This document shows positions 63,585-64,000 of a DNA stretch of 64,000 bases, piece by piece. The translations under genes and the position numbers were made by a program. Position 1 is the stretch's first letter; each line of letters opens with the position of its first letter. The stretch comes from Candidatus Saccharimonadales bacterium (GTDB lineage: Bacteria > Patescibacteriota > Saccharimonadia > Saccharimonadales > EFPC-124). The stretch lies in the NCBI GenBank assembly GCA_035457485.1, contig DATIBO010000006.1:818659-882658 (forward strand), in the 5' to 3' direction. The notes under the pieces were generated by a model. The model had not been told where the DNA came from. It was given only the letters and a program-made list of their open reading frames with translations, and did not search any database.

Positions 63585-64000
63585 CGAACGTCTTAGTACA
63601 GGCTACAAACCAAGCGGCGCTCCGACTTTGCAGCGCTTGATAGATGCTGGTTTTAGCGTGGCTGCAGTTGTCGCTAGCCATGAGATGGCTGTTTCGCGTA
63701 AAAAACGCGAGCTGGAGGTTGAGCACATCGCAAAGCAAAACAACATACCGGTTCTACTGCCCAATAAAGTTAAAGACATTGAGCAGCAGCTAAAAGATTT
63801 TGCTGCAGATATTGGTATTTTGGTGGCTTTTGGTCAGATGATTCCAGAATCTATAATTAATATTTTTCCGCACGGGATAATAAACATTCACCCGTCGCTC
63901 TTACCGAGATACCGCGGACCGATTCCAATCGAGCAAGCAATTCTGGATGGAGCAAACGAAACTGGAGTCTCCATAATGGGACTAGTTAAAAAAATGGACG
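63553..64000 (+). CDS. fmt: Methionyl-tRNA formyltransferase (5' part; runs off the window)
   Basis: My translation from ATG 63553 is MKSCKIVFFGNERLS...NIHPSLLPRYRGPIPIEQAIL. It overlaps the def end by 32 nt. It is not in the ORF track because no stop lies in the window. Confidence 0.85.
   Translation, partial: MKSCKIVFFGNERLSTGYKPSGAPTLQRLIDAGFSVAAVVASHEMAVSRKKRELEVEHIAKQNNIPVLLPNKVKDIEQQLKDFAADIGILVAFGQMIPESIINIFPHGIINIHPSLLPRYRGPIPIEQAILDGANETGVSIMGLVKKMD

Noticed and set aside
1-64000. Search for tRNA, rRNA, CRISPR repeats, transposase or integrase genes, and prophage blocks
   Set aside because: No intergenic gap over 80 nt showed cloverleaf-compatible sequence or regularly spaced repeats. 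No ORF showed DDE, tyrosine- or serine-recombinase motifs. This was done by eye only, so small ncRNAs could have been missed.

Overview
This is a 64-kb, very gene-dense chromosomal segment, mostly minus-strand, with frequent 1-40 nt gene overlaps. It comes from a small-genome, monoderm-like bacterium. The gene content is almost entirely housekeeping:
- Cell division and envelope: ftsE-ftsX plus a coiled-coil/CHAP hydrolase, a murD plus murL-like pair, an LCP ligase, lepB, ftsA-ftsZ.
- Translation: prfB, serS, lysS, proS (archaeal-type), rpsB-tsf-frr-rseP, rpmE-prfA-prmC, ileS with a T-box-like leader, rpsU, def-fmt.
- DNA and nucleotide metabolism: parB-parA, nrdR-nrdJ, adk-map, recJ, priA.
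- Other: secA, greA, htrA, an ECF sigma/anti-sigma pair, and a 1400-aa N-anchored surface protein.

The combination looks to me like a Patescibacteria/CPR (Saccharibacteria-like) genome. That is recognition only and cannot be verified without a database search. I saw no rRNA, tRNA, CRISPR array, transposase or integrase.

The most unusual signal is four short, sharply bounded high-GC single-gene cassettes at about 9.04-10.01, 15.71-16.17, 26.90-27.42 and 29.00-29.63 kb. They sit in intergenic gaps of the lower-GC backbone. Each has its own GGAG-type ribosome-binding site and a GC-rich hairpin after the stop. All four products lack any motif I can recognise. One is a 3-TM membrane protein sitting where pyrH normally lies between tsf and frr.

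Other items worth follow-up:
- a T-box-like leader on ileS
- a MurD/MurL-like alternative D-Glu peptidoglycan module
- an FtsEX-coupled PcsB-like hydrolase with a start or frameshift anomaly
- the giant tail-fibre-like, lectin-tipped surface protein
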